Origin: a virus
Taxonomy: Duplodnaviria; Caudoviricetes
Virus record (IMG/VR): IMGVR_UViG_2684622926_000002
Coordinates: 1-64,000 of that record
Length of the DNA stretch: 64,000 nucleotides
Direction: 5' to 3' (one strand)
The notes beneath the pieces were generated by a model that was not told the origin of the DNA, ran no database searches, and was given only the letters and a program-made list of their open reading frames with translations. Of this stretch, positions 1-10,947 are shown piece by piece. Within the stretch, counting starts at the first letter, position 1; each line of letters opens with the position of its first letter. The translations under genes and the position numbers were made by a program.

Positions 1-1041
1 TTATTCTGTTAGTTGCTTTAATTTGCTACAAGCCTCTTGAGAATCTCCATCGCAGGCTTGTTGGTAATAGTTTTGTGCTAAGGTTCTATTTTGCTCAACA
101 CCATCACCTTTATCATACAAAAGCGCTAAATTGTATTGGGCTTCAGATAATCCTTGTTCTGCTGCTTTTGTATACCAATATACTGCCTTTTGCTTATCTT
201 TCTCTATGCCATCTCCTTCATCATACATAATCGCTAAATTATATTGGGCTTCAGATAATCCTTGTTTTGCTGCTTTTGTATACCAATATACTGCCTTTTG
301 GTTATCTTGTTCTATACCATCACCGTTATAATACAGATCTCCTAAATTGTTTTGTGCAATGGAGTTACCTTGCTTCGCCGATTTTTTATACCAATAAAGC
401 GCCTTTTGCTTATCTTGCTTTATACCATCACCTTCATCATACATAACAGCTAAATTATTTTGGCCATCAGCATCACCCTGCTCCGCCGCTTTTGTATACC
501 AATAAATCGCCTTTTGCTTATCTTGCTTTATGCCTTCACCATTATCATACATAAAGCCTAAATTATTTTGGGCGCTAGCATCACCTTGTTTTGCTGCCTT
601 TGTATACCAATAAAACGCCTTTTGGTAATCTTGCTCTATACCATCACCTTGATCATACATAAGAGCTAAATTATATTGGGCATCAGAATCACCCTGCTCC
701 GCCGCTTTTGTATACCAATATACAGCTTTTTGTTTATCTTTCTCTATGCCATCTCCTTCATCAAACGTAACCGCTAAATTATATTGGGCTTTAGTATTAC
801 CTTGTTCTGATGCTTTTGTATACCAATAAAACGCCTTTTGTTTATCTTGCTCAACACCATCACCTTTATCATACATACTTGCTAAAAAATATTGGGCTTC
901 AGCATTACCTTGCTCTGCTTCTTCTTTACAGGAGGTAAAGGCTTTTTCATAATTTTCCTTATACCAATATTCACTGCATTGATTTGCATACACGGCAAAA
1001 GAAAATAAGAGTGATAATATGACTAATAATCCTTTTTTCAT
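1..1041 (-). CDS. Secreted Sel1-like repeat (SLR) protein, copy 1
   Basis: Signal peptide MKKGLLVILSLLFSFAVYA followed by 36-aa repeats (AQYNLAxMYDxGDGIEQDKQKAxYWYTKAAEQG). Start set at MKKG by comparison with the paralogs; the ORF track starts at 1071. Confidence 0.93.
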   Translation of the reverse strand: MKKGLLVILSLLFSFAVYANQCSEYWYKENYEKAFTSCKEEAEQGNAEAQYFLASMYDKGDGVEQDKQKAFYWYTKASEQGNTKAQYNLAVTFDEGDGIEKDKQKAVYWYTKAAEQGDSDAQYNLALMYDQGDGIEQDYQKAFYWYTKAAKQGDASAQNNLGFMYDNGEGIKQDKQKAIYWYTKAAEQGDADGQNNLAVMYDEGDGIKQDKQKALYWYKKSAKQGNSIAQNNLGDLYYNGDGIEQDNQKAVYWYTKAAKQGLSEAQYNLAIMYDEGDGIEKDKQKAVYWYTKAAEQGLSEAQYNLALLYDKGDGVEQNRTLAQNYYQQACDGDSQEACSKLKQLTE

Positions 1042-1347
1042 GATTTTCCTTATACTATATTTATATAACAACGAAAACTTACTTATACATTTTTAAATGT
1101 TAGTTTAGGGATATTAACTACCAATGTATTTAGAAAATTTATACAAATTTATTAATAGAATTTTTATAAAAAAATCCGAGGAAACTATAACGAGTTTTTC
1201 AGAAAAAATCATTAATTGAATGGCTTTTTTGATCCAAATTAAAAATACATCAAGGCATTTTTGTTCTTGGGGAGAGAACAGAACAAGCACTCGTTGAGTG
1301 CTTGTTGTGAAAAATAGTGATTTAAGGTGTTTTTTGGAATAATTTAA
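1042..1347. repeat. Conserved ~300 bp intergenic repeat of the SLR array; other copies at ~3055-3359, 4185-4490, 5747-6048, 6982-7287 and a partial copy at 8761-8995
   Basis: Near-identical sequence between all SLR genes (e.g. gggatattaacta...aaactataacgagtttttc...gatttaaggtgttttt). Confidence 0.9.
1282..1306 (-). terminator. Hairpin AACAAGCACTC-GTT-GAGTGCTTGTT just downstream of SLR stop codons; copies at ~3294, 4424, 5984, 7221
   Basis: Perfect 11-bp stem about 40 bp after the stop, followed on the minus strand by ctgttctctc. The U-tract is weak. Confidence 0.55.
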
Positions 1348-3054
1348 TTATTCTGTTAGTTGCTTTAATTTACTACAAGCATTTTTATGATACCATTCAC
1401 AAGCTTGTTGGTAATACTTTTTCGCTAAGGATCTATTTTGCTCAATACCATTACCTTTATCATACATAACGGCTAAATTATATTGGGCGTTAACATCACC
1501 TTGTTCTGCTGCTTTTGTATACCAATATAACGCCTTTTGCTTATCTTGCTCTATGCCTTCACCTCTATCATAAGTGACCGCTAAATTATATTTGGCTTCA
1601 GCATCACCTTGTTCTGCTATTTTTGTATACCAATATAACGCTTTTTGCTCATCTTGCTCAGTGCCATTACCGAAATAATACATGTTCCCTAAATTTTTTT
1701 GTGCATTGGCATTACCTTGCTCCGCCGATTTTTTATACCAATAAAACGCTTTTTGTTTATCTTGGTCTATGCCTTCGCCTTCATCATACATATATGCTAA
1801 AAAATATTGGGCCTCAGCATTACCTTGCTCTGCTTCTACTTTACAGGGAGTAAAAGCTTTTTCAAAATTTTCAAAATCCTCCTTATACCAATACTCATTG
1901 CATTGATTTTCTTTTATTTTCTTTAATCTATTACAAGCCTCTTGTGAATACCCTTCACAAGCTAGTTGGTAATACTTTTTAGCTAAAGGTTTATCTTGCT
2001 CAACGCCATTACCATAATCATATTTAACCGCTAAATTATATTGAGCATCAGCATTACCTTTTTCTGCCGATTCTTTATACCAATATACCGCCCGCTTTTT
2101 ATTTTGCTCTATGCCATCACCTTTATCATACATAAGTCCTAAATTGTTTTGTGCAATGAGGTTACCTTTATACGCTGCTTTTTTATACCAATAATACGCC
2201 TTTTGTTTATCTTGCTCTACGCCATCGCCGTCACTATACATAAGCGCTAAATTATATTGGGCGTCAGCATTACCTTGCTCTGCCGATTTTGTATACCAAT
2301 AAAACGCCTTTTGCTTATCTTGCTCTATGCCATCACCTTTAAAATACATATCGGCTAAATTGTATCTCGCGCGGTAGACGCCTTGCTCGGCTGCTTTTGT
2401 ATACCAATATAACGTTTTTTGTTTATCTTGCTCTACGCCATCGCCGTCATTATACATAAGCGCTAAATGATATTGGGCGTCAGCATTATCTTGCTCAGCT
2501 GATTTTGTAAACCAATAAAACGCCTTTTGCTTATCTTGCTCTATGCCATCACCTTTATAATACATATTGGCTAAATTGTATTTCGCGAGGTAATCACCCT
2601 GCTCCGCTGCTTTTGTATACCAATAAAACGCCTTTTGCTTATCTTGTTCTAAGCCATCACCGCTATAATACATATACGCTAAATAATATTGGGCATCAGT
2701 ATTACCTTGCTCTGCCGCTTTTGTAGACCAATATGCAGCCTCTTGTTCATCTACTTCTTCACCTTCACCGTTATAATACATATACACTAAATAATATTGG
2801 GCTTCGGCGTTACCTTGCTCTGCCGCTTTTGTAGACCAATATACAGCCTCTTGTTCATCTTTTTCTACACCTTCACCGTTATAATACATATACGCTAAAT
2901 AATATTGGGCTTCAGCATTACCTTGCTCTGCTTCTTCTTTACAGGAGGTAAAGGCTTTTTCATAGTTTTCCTTATGCCAATATTCATTGCATTGATTTGC
3001 ATACCCTGCAAAAGAAAATAAGAGTGATAAGATGACTAAAAATCCTTTTTTCAT
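1348..3054 (-). CDS. Secreted Sel1-like repeat protein, copy 2 (two units fused)
   Basis: 568 aa. After the first C-terminal cap (ACEGYSQEAC) a second N-cap (NQCNEYWYKEDFENFEKAFTPCK) restarts the repeats. Confidence 0.93.
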   Translation of the reverse strand: MKKGFLVILSLLFSFAGYANQCNEYWHKENYEKAFTSCKEEAEQGNAEAQYYLAYMYYNGEGVEKDEQEAVYWSTKAAEQGNAEAQYYLVYMYYNGEGEEVDEQEAAYWSTKAAEQGNTDAQYYLAYMYYSGDGLEQDKQKAFYWYTKAAEQGDYLAKYNLANMYYKGDGIEQDKQKAFYWFTKSAEQDNADAQYHLALMYNDGDGVEQDKQKTLYWYTKAAEQGVYRARYNLADMYFKGDGIEQDKQKAFYWYTKSAEQGNADAQYNLALMYSDGDGVEQDKQKAYYWYKKAAYKGNLIAQNNLGLMYDKGDGIEQNKKRAVYWYKESAEKGNADAQYNLAVKYDYGNGVEQDKPLAKKYYQLACEGYSQEACNRLKKIKENQCNEYWYKEDFENFEKAFTPCKVEAEQGNAEAQYFLAYMYDEGEGIDQDKQKAFYWYKKSAEQGNANAQKNLGNMYYFGNGTEQDEQKALYWYTKIAEQGDAEAKYNLAVTYDRGEGIEQDKQKALYWYTKAAEQGDVNAQYNLAVMYDKGNGIEQNRSLAKKYYQQACEWYHKNACSKLKQLTE

Positions 3055-3359
3055 GATTTTCCTTATATTATATTTATATTAACAACAAAAACTTACTTAT
3101 ACTTTTTAACTGTTTTTTAGGGATATTAACTATCAATGTATTTATAATAATTTATGCAGAATTATTATTAGGATTTTTATAAAAAATCTAAGAAAACTAT
3201 AACGAGTTTTTCAGAAAAAATCATTAATAGAATGGCTATTTGGATCCAAATTGAAAACGCATCAACGCATTTTTGATCTTGGTGAGAGAACAGAACAAGC
3301 ACTCGTTGAGTGCTTGCTGTGAAAAATGGTGATTTAAGGTGTTTTTGGGAATAATTTAA

Positions 3360-4184
3360 TTATTCTGTTAGTTGCTTTAATTTACTACAAGCATTTTTAT
3401 GAGACCATTCACAAGCTAGTTGGTAATACTTTTTCGCTAAAGATTTATTTTGCTCAATACCATTACCTTTATCATACATAACCGCTAAATTATATTGGGC
3501 TTCAGCATCACCTTGTTCCGCCGCTTTTGTAAACCAATATAACGCCTTTTGCTTATCTTGTTCTATGCCATCACCATTATCATACATAACGGCTAAATTG
3601 TTTTGCGCCCTAAGCCCACCTTGTTCTGCCGATTTTGTATACCAATAAAACGCCTTTTGTTTATCTTGCTCTATACCATCACCTTTATCATACATAACCG
3701 CTAAACTATATTGTACCCCAACATTACCTTGTTCCGCTAATTTTGTATACCAATATACAGCTTTTTGTTTATCTTGTTCTAAGCCATCACCTTTATCATA
3801 CTTAACCGCTAATTCATATTGGGCGACACTCAAATCTTGCTCTGCCGCTTTTGTATACCAATATATTGCTTTTTGCTTATCTTGTTCTATTCCATCTCCT
3901 TCATCATACATAATCGCTAAACTATACTGGGCATAAGGATTATCTTGTTTTGCTGATTTAGTATAAAAATAAAACGCCTTTTGTTTATCCTGCTTTGTAC
4001 CAAAACCTTCATCATACATAAACGCTAAATGATATTGGCCTTGAGCATCACCTTGCTCTGCATCTTCTTTACAGTAGGTAAAGGCTTTTTCATAATTGTT
4101 CTCATACCAATATTTACTGCATTGATTTGCATACCCAGCAAAAGAAAATAAGAGTGATAATATGACTAATAATCCTTTTTTCAT
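3360..4184 (-). CDS. Secreted Sel1-like repeat protein, copy 3
   Basis: 274 aa; same signal peptide, SLR repeats and Cys caps as the other copies. Confidence 0.93.
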   Translation of the reverse strand: MKKGLLVILSLLFSFAGYANQCSKYWYENNYEKAFTYCKEDAEQGDAQGQYHLAFMYDEGFGTKQDKQKAFYFYTKSAKQDNPYAQYSLAIMYDEGDGIEQDKQKAIYWYTKAAEQDLSVAQYELAVKYDKGDGLEQDKQKAVYWYTKLAEQGNVGVQYSLAVMYDKGDGIEQDKQKAFYWYTKSAEQGGLRAQNNLAVMYDNGDGIEQDKQKALYWFTKAAEQGDAEAQYNLAVMYDKGNGIEQNKSLAKKYYQLACEWSHKNACSKLKQLTE

Positions 4185-4490
4185 AATTCTTCCTTATATT
4201 ATATTTTTATTAACAACAAAAAGTTACTTATACTTTTTAACTGATTTTTAGGGATATTAACTACCAATGTATTTATAAAATTTATACAAAATTATTATTA
4301 GGATTTTTATAAAAAATCCAAGTAAACTATAACGAGTTTTTCACAAAAAATCATTAATAGAATGGCTATTTTGAGCCAAATTAAAAATACATCAACGCTT
4401 TTTAGATCCTGGGGAGAGAACAGAACAAGCACTCGTTGAGTGCTTGCTGTGAAAAATGGTGATTTAAGGTGTTTTTTTGAAATAATTTAA

Positions 4491-5746
4491 TTATTCTGTT
4501 AGTTGCTTTAATTTACTACAAGCCTCTTGAGAATCTCCATCGCAGGCTTGTTGGTAATACTTTTTCGCTAAGGATCTATTTTGCTCTATACCATCACCTT
4601 TATCATGCATAACCGCTAAACGATATTGTGCTTCAGCATTACCTTGCCCGCCGCTTTTGTATACCAATATGCAGCTTTAATTTTATCCTTCAGTGTACCT
4701 TCACCTTCATAATACATAAACGCTAAATTATATTGGGCGATAGCAATATCTTGCTCTGCCGCTTTTGTAAACCAATATAACGCCTTTTGGTTATCTAGCT
4801 CTGTGCCTTCTCCTAAATAATACATAACCGCTAAATTATATTGGGCTTCAGCACCACCTTGTTCCGCCGCTTTTGTAAACCAATATAACGCCTTTTGCTT
4901 ATCTTGTTCTATACCTTCTCCTTCACCATACATAGTTCCTAAATTGTTTTGGGCCTCAGCAAATCCTTGTTCTGCCGATTTTGTATACCAATAAAACGCC
5001 TTTTGTTTATCCTGCTCTGTACCTCTTTCTTTATAATACATAACCGCTAAATTATGTTGTGCCTTAGCCAATCCTTGCTCTGCGGCTTTTGTATACAAAT
5101 AAAACGCTTTTTGCTTATCTTGTTCTATTCCATCTCCTTCATCATACATATACGCTAAATTATGTTGTGCTTCAGCAAATCCTTGCTCTGCGGCTTTTGT
5201 ATACCAATAAAACGCCTTTTGGTTATCTAGCTCTGTGCCTTCTCCTAAATAATACATAACCGCTAAATTATGTTGTGCGTCAGCAAATCCTTGTTCTGCC
5301 GATTTTGTATACCAATAAAACGTCTTTTGTTTATCCTGCTCTATACCTGCTCCTTTATAATACATAATCGCTAAATTGTATTGGGCGTTAGCAAATCCTT
5401 GTTCTGCCGATTTTGTAAACCAATAAAACGCCTTTTGGTTATCCTGCTCTATACGTGTTCCTTCATAATACATAATCGCTAAAGTATATTGAGCATTCGC
5501 TAATCCTTGTTCTGCGGCTTTTGTATACCAATAAAACGCTTTTTGTTTATCCTGCTTTGTACCATAACCTTCATCATACATATACGCTAAATAATATTGG
5601 GCTTCAGCATTACCTTGTTCAGCCACTTTTTTACAGGGAGTAAAGGCTTTTTTATAATTTTCCTTATGCCAATATTTACTGCATTGATTTGCATACCCAG
5701 CAAAAGAAAATAAGAGTGATAATATGACTAATAATCCTTTTTTCAT
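4491..5746 (-). pseudogene. Sel1-like repeat protein, copy 4, frameshifted near the 3' end
   Basis: The ORF 4616..5746 derails at TKAAGKVMLK. The normal tail (AQYRLAVMHDKGDG...ACSKLKQLTE*) continues in another frame to 4491. Confidence 0.8.
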
Positions 5747-6057
5747 ATTTTTTCCTTATATTATATTTATATTAACAACGAAAACTTACTTATGCTTTTT
5801 AACTGTTTTTTAGGGATATTAACTATCAATGTATTTAGAAAATTTATACAAAATTATTAATAGGATTTTTAGAAAAATCCAAGAAAACTATAACGAGTTT
5901 TTCACAAAAAATCATTAATAGAATGGCTATTTTGATTAAGATTAAAAATACATTAACTCATTTTTATCTTGGGGAAAAAACAGAACAAGCACTCGTTGAG
6001 TGCTTGTTGTGAAAAATGGTGATTTAAGGTGTTTTTTGGAATAATTTAATTATTCTG

Positions 6058-6981
6058 TTAGTTGCTTAAATTTACTACAAACATTTCATGATTCCCTTCA
6101 TAAGCTAGTTGGTAATACTTTTTAGCTAAAGATTTATTTTGCTTAACACCATCTCCTTTATCATACATAACCGCTAAATTGTATTGGGCGTCAGAATCAC
6201 CCTGCTCCGCCGCTTTTGTAAACCAATATACCGCCTTTTGTTTATCTTGTTCTACGCCATTACCTTCATAATACATAAACGCTAAATTATATTGGGCGAT
6301 AGCAATATCTTGCTCTGCCGCTTTTGTAAACCAATAAAACGCCTTTTGCTTATCTTGTTCTATGCCGTGACCTTTATCATACATAACCCCTAAATTAGAT
6401 TGTGCATAGGGGTAACCTTGCTCCGCAGCTTTTGTACACCAATATACTGCCTTAACTTTATCTTGTTCTGTATCATCACCTTTACCATATATAATCGCTA
6501 AATTATATTGGGCCATAGCAATATCTTGTTCTGCCGCTTTTGTAAACCAATATATTGCTTTATCTTTATCTTGCGCTGTGCCTTCACCTTGATAATACAT
6601 TATTGCTAAATTATATTGCGCCTTAGATACTCCTTGTTTTGCTGCTTTTGAAAACCAATAAAACGCTTTTTGTTTATCTTGCTCTATGCCATCACCTTCA
6701 TCATACATAATCCCTAAATTATATTGAGTTTCAGCATAACCCTGCTCCGCGGCTTTTGAAAACCAATAAAACGCTTTTTGCTTATCTTGCTCTATGCCAT
6801 CACCTTTATTATACATAACCCCTAAATTGTGTTGTGCTTCTGAATCACCTTGTTCTGCTTTTTCCTTAAAAGAAGTAAAAGCTTTTTCGTAATTTTCCTT
6901 ATGCAAATATTTGCTGCGTTTATTTGCATTCCCGGCAAAAGGAAATAAGCGTGATAATATGTTTAATAATGACTTTTTCAT
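6058..6981 (-). CDS. Sel1-like repeat protein, copy 5 (degenerate signal peptide and caps)
   Basis: SLR repeats intact. N-terminus is MKKSLLNILSRLFPFAGNANKRS, the cap cysteines are lost, and the C-terminus is frameshifted. Confidence 0.8.
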   Translation of the reverse strand: MKKSLLNILSRLFPFAGNANKRSKYLHKENYEKAFTSFKEKAEQGDSEAQHNLGVMYNKGDGIEQDKQKAFYWFSKAAEQGYAETQYNLGIMYDEGDGIEQDKQKAFYWFSKAAKQGVSKAQYNLAIMYYQGEGTAQDKDKAIYWFTKAAEQDIAMAQYNLAIIYGKGDDTEQDKVKAVYWCTKAAEQGYPYAQSNLGVMYDKGHGIEQDKQKAFYWFTKAAEQDIAIAQYNLAFMYYEGNGVEQDKQKAVYWFTKAAEQGDSDAQYNLAVMYDKGDGVKQNKSLAKKYYQLAYEGNHEMFVVNLSN

Positions 6982-7287
6982 GATTCTCCTTATGTTATAT
7001 TAATATTAACAACGAAAACTTACTTATAATTTTTAAATGTTAGTTTAGGGATATTAACTATCGATGCATTTATAAAATTTATACAGAATTATTAATAGGA
7101 TTGTTATAAAACAATCCAAGGAAACTATAACGAGTTTTTCAGAAAAAATCATTAATAGAATAGATATTTTGATTAAGATTAAAAATACATTAACTCATTT
7201 TTATCTTGGGGAGAGAACAGAACAAGCACTCGTTGAGTGCTTGTTGTGAAAAATGGTGATTTAAGGTGTTTTTTTGAAATAATTTAA

Positions 7288-8760
7288 TTATTCTGTTAGT
7301 TGCTTTAATTTACTACAAGCCTTTTGATAATCTCCATCGCAGGCTTGTTGGTAATACTTTTTCGCTAAGGATCTATTTTGCTCAATACCATCACCTTTAT
7401 CATGCATAACCGCTAAACGATATTGTGCTTGAGCATCACCTTGTTCCGCCGCTTTTGTATACCAATATGCAGCTTTAATTTTATCCCTCTGTGTACCTTC
7501 ACCTTCATAATACATAAACGCTAAATTGTATTGGGCATCAGCAAATCCTTGTTCTGCCGATTTTGTATACCAATAAAACGCCTTTTGGTTATCTAGCTCT
7601 GTGCCTTCTCCTAAATAATACATAATCGCTAAATTGTATTGTGCCTCAGCTAATCCTTGTTCTGTGGCTTTTGTATACCAATAAAACGCCTTTCGCTTAT
7701 CTAGCTCTATGCCTTCTCCATTATAATACATATTTCCTAAATAATATTGGGCATCAGCATCACCTTGTTCTGCCGATTTTGTAAACCAATAAAACGCCTT
7801 TTGGTTATCCTGCTCTATACGTGTTCCTTCATAATACATAATCGCTAAAGTATATTGAGCGTTCGCTAATCCTTGTTCTGCGGCTTTTGTATACCAATAA
7901 AACGCCTTTTGGTTATCTAGATCTGTGCTTTCTCCTAAATAATACATAACCGCTAAATTATGTTGTGCGTCAGCAAATCCTTGTTCTGCCGATTTTGTAT
8001 ACCAATAAAACGTCTTTTGTTTATCCTGCTCTATACCTGCTCCTTTATAATACATAATCGCTAAATTGTATTGGGCGTTAGCAAATCCTTGTTCTGCCGA
8101 TTTTGTATACCAATAAAACGCTTTTTGTTTATCTTGTTCTATTCCATCTCCTTCATCATACATAACCGCTAAATTATGTTGTCCCTTAGCAAATCCTTGT
8201 TCAGCCGATTTTGTATACCAATAAAACGCCTTTTGCTTATCTTGTTCTATGCCATCACCATTATCATACATAATTCCTAAACTATTTTGGGCGTTAGCAA
8301 ATCCTTGTTCTGCCGATTTTGTATACCAATATACAGCTTTAACTTTATCTTGCGCTGTACCTTCACCGAAATAATTCTTTATCCCTAAATTGTTTTGGGC
8401 AATAGAGTTACCTTGCTCTGCGGCTTTTGTATACCAATATATTGCTTTTTGCTTATCTTGTTCTATGCCATCTCCTTCATCATACATATACGCTAAATTA
8501 TGTTGTGCTTCAGCAAATCCTTGTTCTGCGGCTTTTGTATACCAATAAAACGCTTTTTGTTTATCCTGCTTTGTACCGTAACCTTCATCATACATATACG
8601 CTAAATAATATTGGGCTTCAGCATTACCTTGTTCAGCCACTTTTTTACAGGGAGTAAACGCTTTTTTATAATTTTCCTTATGCCAATATTTACTGCATTG
8701 ATTTGCATACCCGGCAAAAGAAAATAAGAGTGATAATATGACTAATAATCCTTTTTTCAT
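7288..8760 (-). CDS. Secreted Sel1-like repeat protein, copy 6
   Basis: 490 aa; signal peptide, SLR repeats and Cys caps present. Confidence 0.93.
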   Translation of the reverse strand: MKKGLLVILSLLFSFAGYANQCSKYWHKENYKKAFTPCKKVAEQGNAEAQYYLAYMYDEGYGTKQDKQKAFYWYTKAAEQGFAEAQHNLAYMYDEGDGIEQDKQKAIYWYTKAAEQGNSIAQNNLGIKNYFGEGTAQDKVKAVYWYTKSAEQGFANAQNSLGIMYDNGDGIEQDKQKAFYWYTKSAEQGFAKGQHNLAVMYDEGDGIEQDKQKAFYWYTKSAEQGFANAQYNLAIMYYKGAGIEQDKQKTFYWYTKSAEQGFADAQHNLAVMYYLGESTDLDNQKAFYWYTKAAEQGLANAQYTLAIMYYEGTRIEQDNQKAFYWFTKSAEQGDADAQYYLGNMYYNGEGIELDKRKAFYWYTKATEQGLAEAQYNLAIMYYLGEGTELDNQKAFYWYTKSAEQGFADAQYNLAFMYYEGEGTQRDKIKAAYWYTKAAEQGDAQAQYRLAVMHDKGDGIEQNRSLAKKYYQQACDGDYQKACSKLKQLTE

Positions 8761-9028
8761 AATTTTTCCTTATATTATATTTATATTAACAACGAAAACT
8801 TACTTATGCTTTTTAACTGATTTTTAGGGATATTAACTACCAATGTATTTAGAAAATTTATACAAAATTATTAATAGGATTTTTAGAAAAATCCAAGAAA
8901 ACTATAACGAGTTTTTCACAAAAAATCATTAATAGAATGGCTATTTTGATTAAGATTAAAATACATCAACGAATTTTTTTATCCTAGGAGAGAACAGAAA
9001 AAGGGGATTTAAGTCGGCTTTTGAAGTA

Positions 9029-9605
9029 TGGAATGTCGACATGTTTTCATACAGCAAATTTAAGGGGTAACGCTATATCAATAAGGTAAAACCCGCAGTG
9101 AATTAGTTTTACAGAATTGTGTTAGCCATCAGCATTAGAGAGATGACCAACACAATACTCCACAATAGGTTCATGCCAAACTAAAGATAATCGAAGTACT
9201 GAAGATAATGAGTTACTCACCCAGCGCAAAGAGAACAAACGGTTATTGATGGAAAACGATATCTTCTAGCAAGCCACACTGATAATGGCACGAAAATCGC
9301 AGTAATACCATCAAATCAACATCACCATTGATTAAGTTGGTTGGGTCGATGTTTAGCTATAGCAAGGCATTACTTTTATTATCAGTGCCAAACATGCCTT
9401 AAGAAAAAGTTTTAAAGTATGCACAAAAGATTCAATTTATTTTTTAATCATAGCTATCAATCTTATGGTACGCGAAGAATACGAAAAGCGTTGTCAAATC
9501 AAGGCATAATCGTATCGCGTCGTGATGTGGCTAACGTAATGAAAGCATTATCATTGAAATCAGGATATACCGCGAAACGGTATAAAAACAGTTCTTCTCT
9601 CTAAA
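9029..9605 (+). mobile_element. IS3-family remnant (terminal IR joined to rearranged orfA/orfB fragments)
   Basis: TGGAATGTC.AC terminal sequence shared with 22158 and 35363. ORF 9419..9604 (YQSYGTRRIRKALSNQGIIVSRR) is the IS3 OrfB HTH region. Confidence 0.8.
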
Positions 9606-10021
9606 GTATCATTACACAAAACCAATCAATTGGCCTTTAAAATTGCGTACGGCTTTGAGCATTTTTAATATCAGAAACGATTGTGGTTTAAATTAGCATA
9701 GCCTTTTTTTTCGCACGGTGTTTATTTTTAGCTGCAAGTATATTCCAGTTGAAACAGAAAGATAGGAGTACAATCAAAAACCAGGTGCCTTTTTATAGAA
9801 TCAAAGATAAATTTTTTCTTCTAAATAAAAAGATTAGTCTTATTTTTAGTAGTTTAAAGGGGATACTTTCGGGAGTTGGCGGATAAACCGCCCGTGAACG
9901 GAGTCACTGTTGGTTTACTAATTTTTCAAATGGACTTGTAGTGGTCAAGTATTTTCGTACACCAATTTAGCTTGCGCAGCAATGGCCGGTGGTAAACCGG
10001 CATTAAAACTAGGTAGGTGTT

Positions 10022-10116
10022 TTAAAACTATGTGGACGTATTAAAACTATGTGGGCGTATTAAAACTATGTGGCCGTATTAAAACTATGTGGCCGTATTA
10101 AAACTATGTGACCGTA
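10022..10116. repeat. Tandem repeat, 5 x 19 bp (TTAAAACTATGTGGCCGTA)
   Basis: Direct units start at 10022, 10041, 10060, 10079 and 10098, with 0-1 mismatch each. Confidence 0.9.
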
Positions 10117-10473
10117 GTTGGTCAAAGAAAAATCGGGATTTATTTTTTCATGATAGGTAAACCAGATGTGTATCTCTTTTTCTGCTATCTTCATAAGGTT
10201 TTTTACTTATTCTTTGCTTTCGTAAATACGGTTTAATTTAAAACGTCATTAACTGAACAAATCCAAGCACATCTTCTAGGCAGCTTAATGAACTTTGATA
10301 TCAAACAAGGGGGATCTGTACAGCAGAAAAGTTGCCTTAAAACAGGGAAATGGCAATAAATAGTCACTTATCTAGAGGTATTTAGGTTTAAATATAAGCC
10401 CAAATACCTCAAAAAAGTGCAGTTAGAAATTTAGTTTGAGTGGAGTTTTACTGTACAAAGGCCGCAATAAAAA

Positions 10474-10947
10474 TTAAAGTGGTTTATACATATGGTAATT
10501 TATCAGTACCTGATTTTTTCTGTATATTTTGTTAGTCCGTTTTATTTTAAAACCCCATTTTTGGAAAACTGGCATGGCCACTTTTGAAGCATCTACAGTT
10601 AATTGTGAAAAATTTTTCTGGTGGGCCAAGTCAAGTATATGGTCATAGAGTTTTCTTGCTACGCCACGCTTTTGAAAGTCAGGATGCACGTAAAAACAGT
10701 CTATGTAACCATCATCTTTAAGTTCAATAAACCCAGCAAGGCGTGAGCCAAAGATAGCCATCCAAGGCTGAGTGTTATCTAAACGTTTTAACCACATCTG
10801 ATAATCTGGAGGTGTTGGGCTCCATGCTTCTTGCTCTGCTTTGCTATAAATATCGGTATCAATAGCATGAATAGTCGAATGAAACAAATCGCATATTGCA
10901 GTAGCATAGAGTGGTGAGTATAGTTTTACTGCGATTTTAGATGCCAC
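10474..10947 (-). CDS. GNAT-family N-acetyltransferase (YafP-like)
   Basis: IYSKAEQEAW...LAGFIEL..DGYIDCFYVHPDFQKRGVA...LTVDASKVAMPVFQKWGF. Start estimated at GTG 10947; the longer track ORF overlaps an IS remnant. Confidence 0.85.
   Translation of the reverse strand: MASKIAVKLYSPLYATAICDLFHSTIHAIDTDIYSKAEQEAWSPTPPDYQMWLKRLDNTQPWMAIFGSRLAGFIELKDDGYIDCFYVHPDFQKRGVARKLYDHILDLAHQKNFSQLTVDASKVAMPVFQKWGFKIKRTNKIYRKNQVLINYHMYKPL

Noticed and set aside
131-8657. Plus-strand ORFs 131..331, 1623..1853 and 8427..8657
   Set aside because: Antisense shadows of the repetitive SLR genes.
10022-10116. 19-bp repeats as a CRISPR array
   Set aside because: The units are contiguous, with no spacers.
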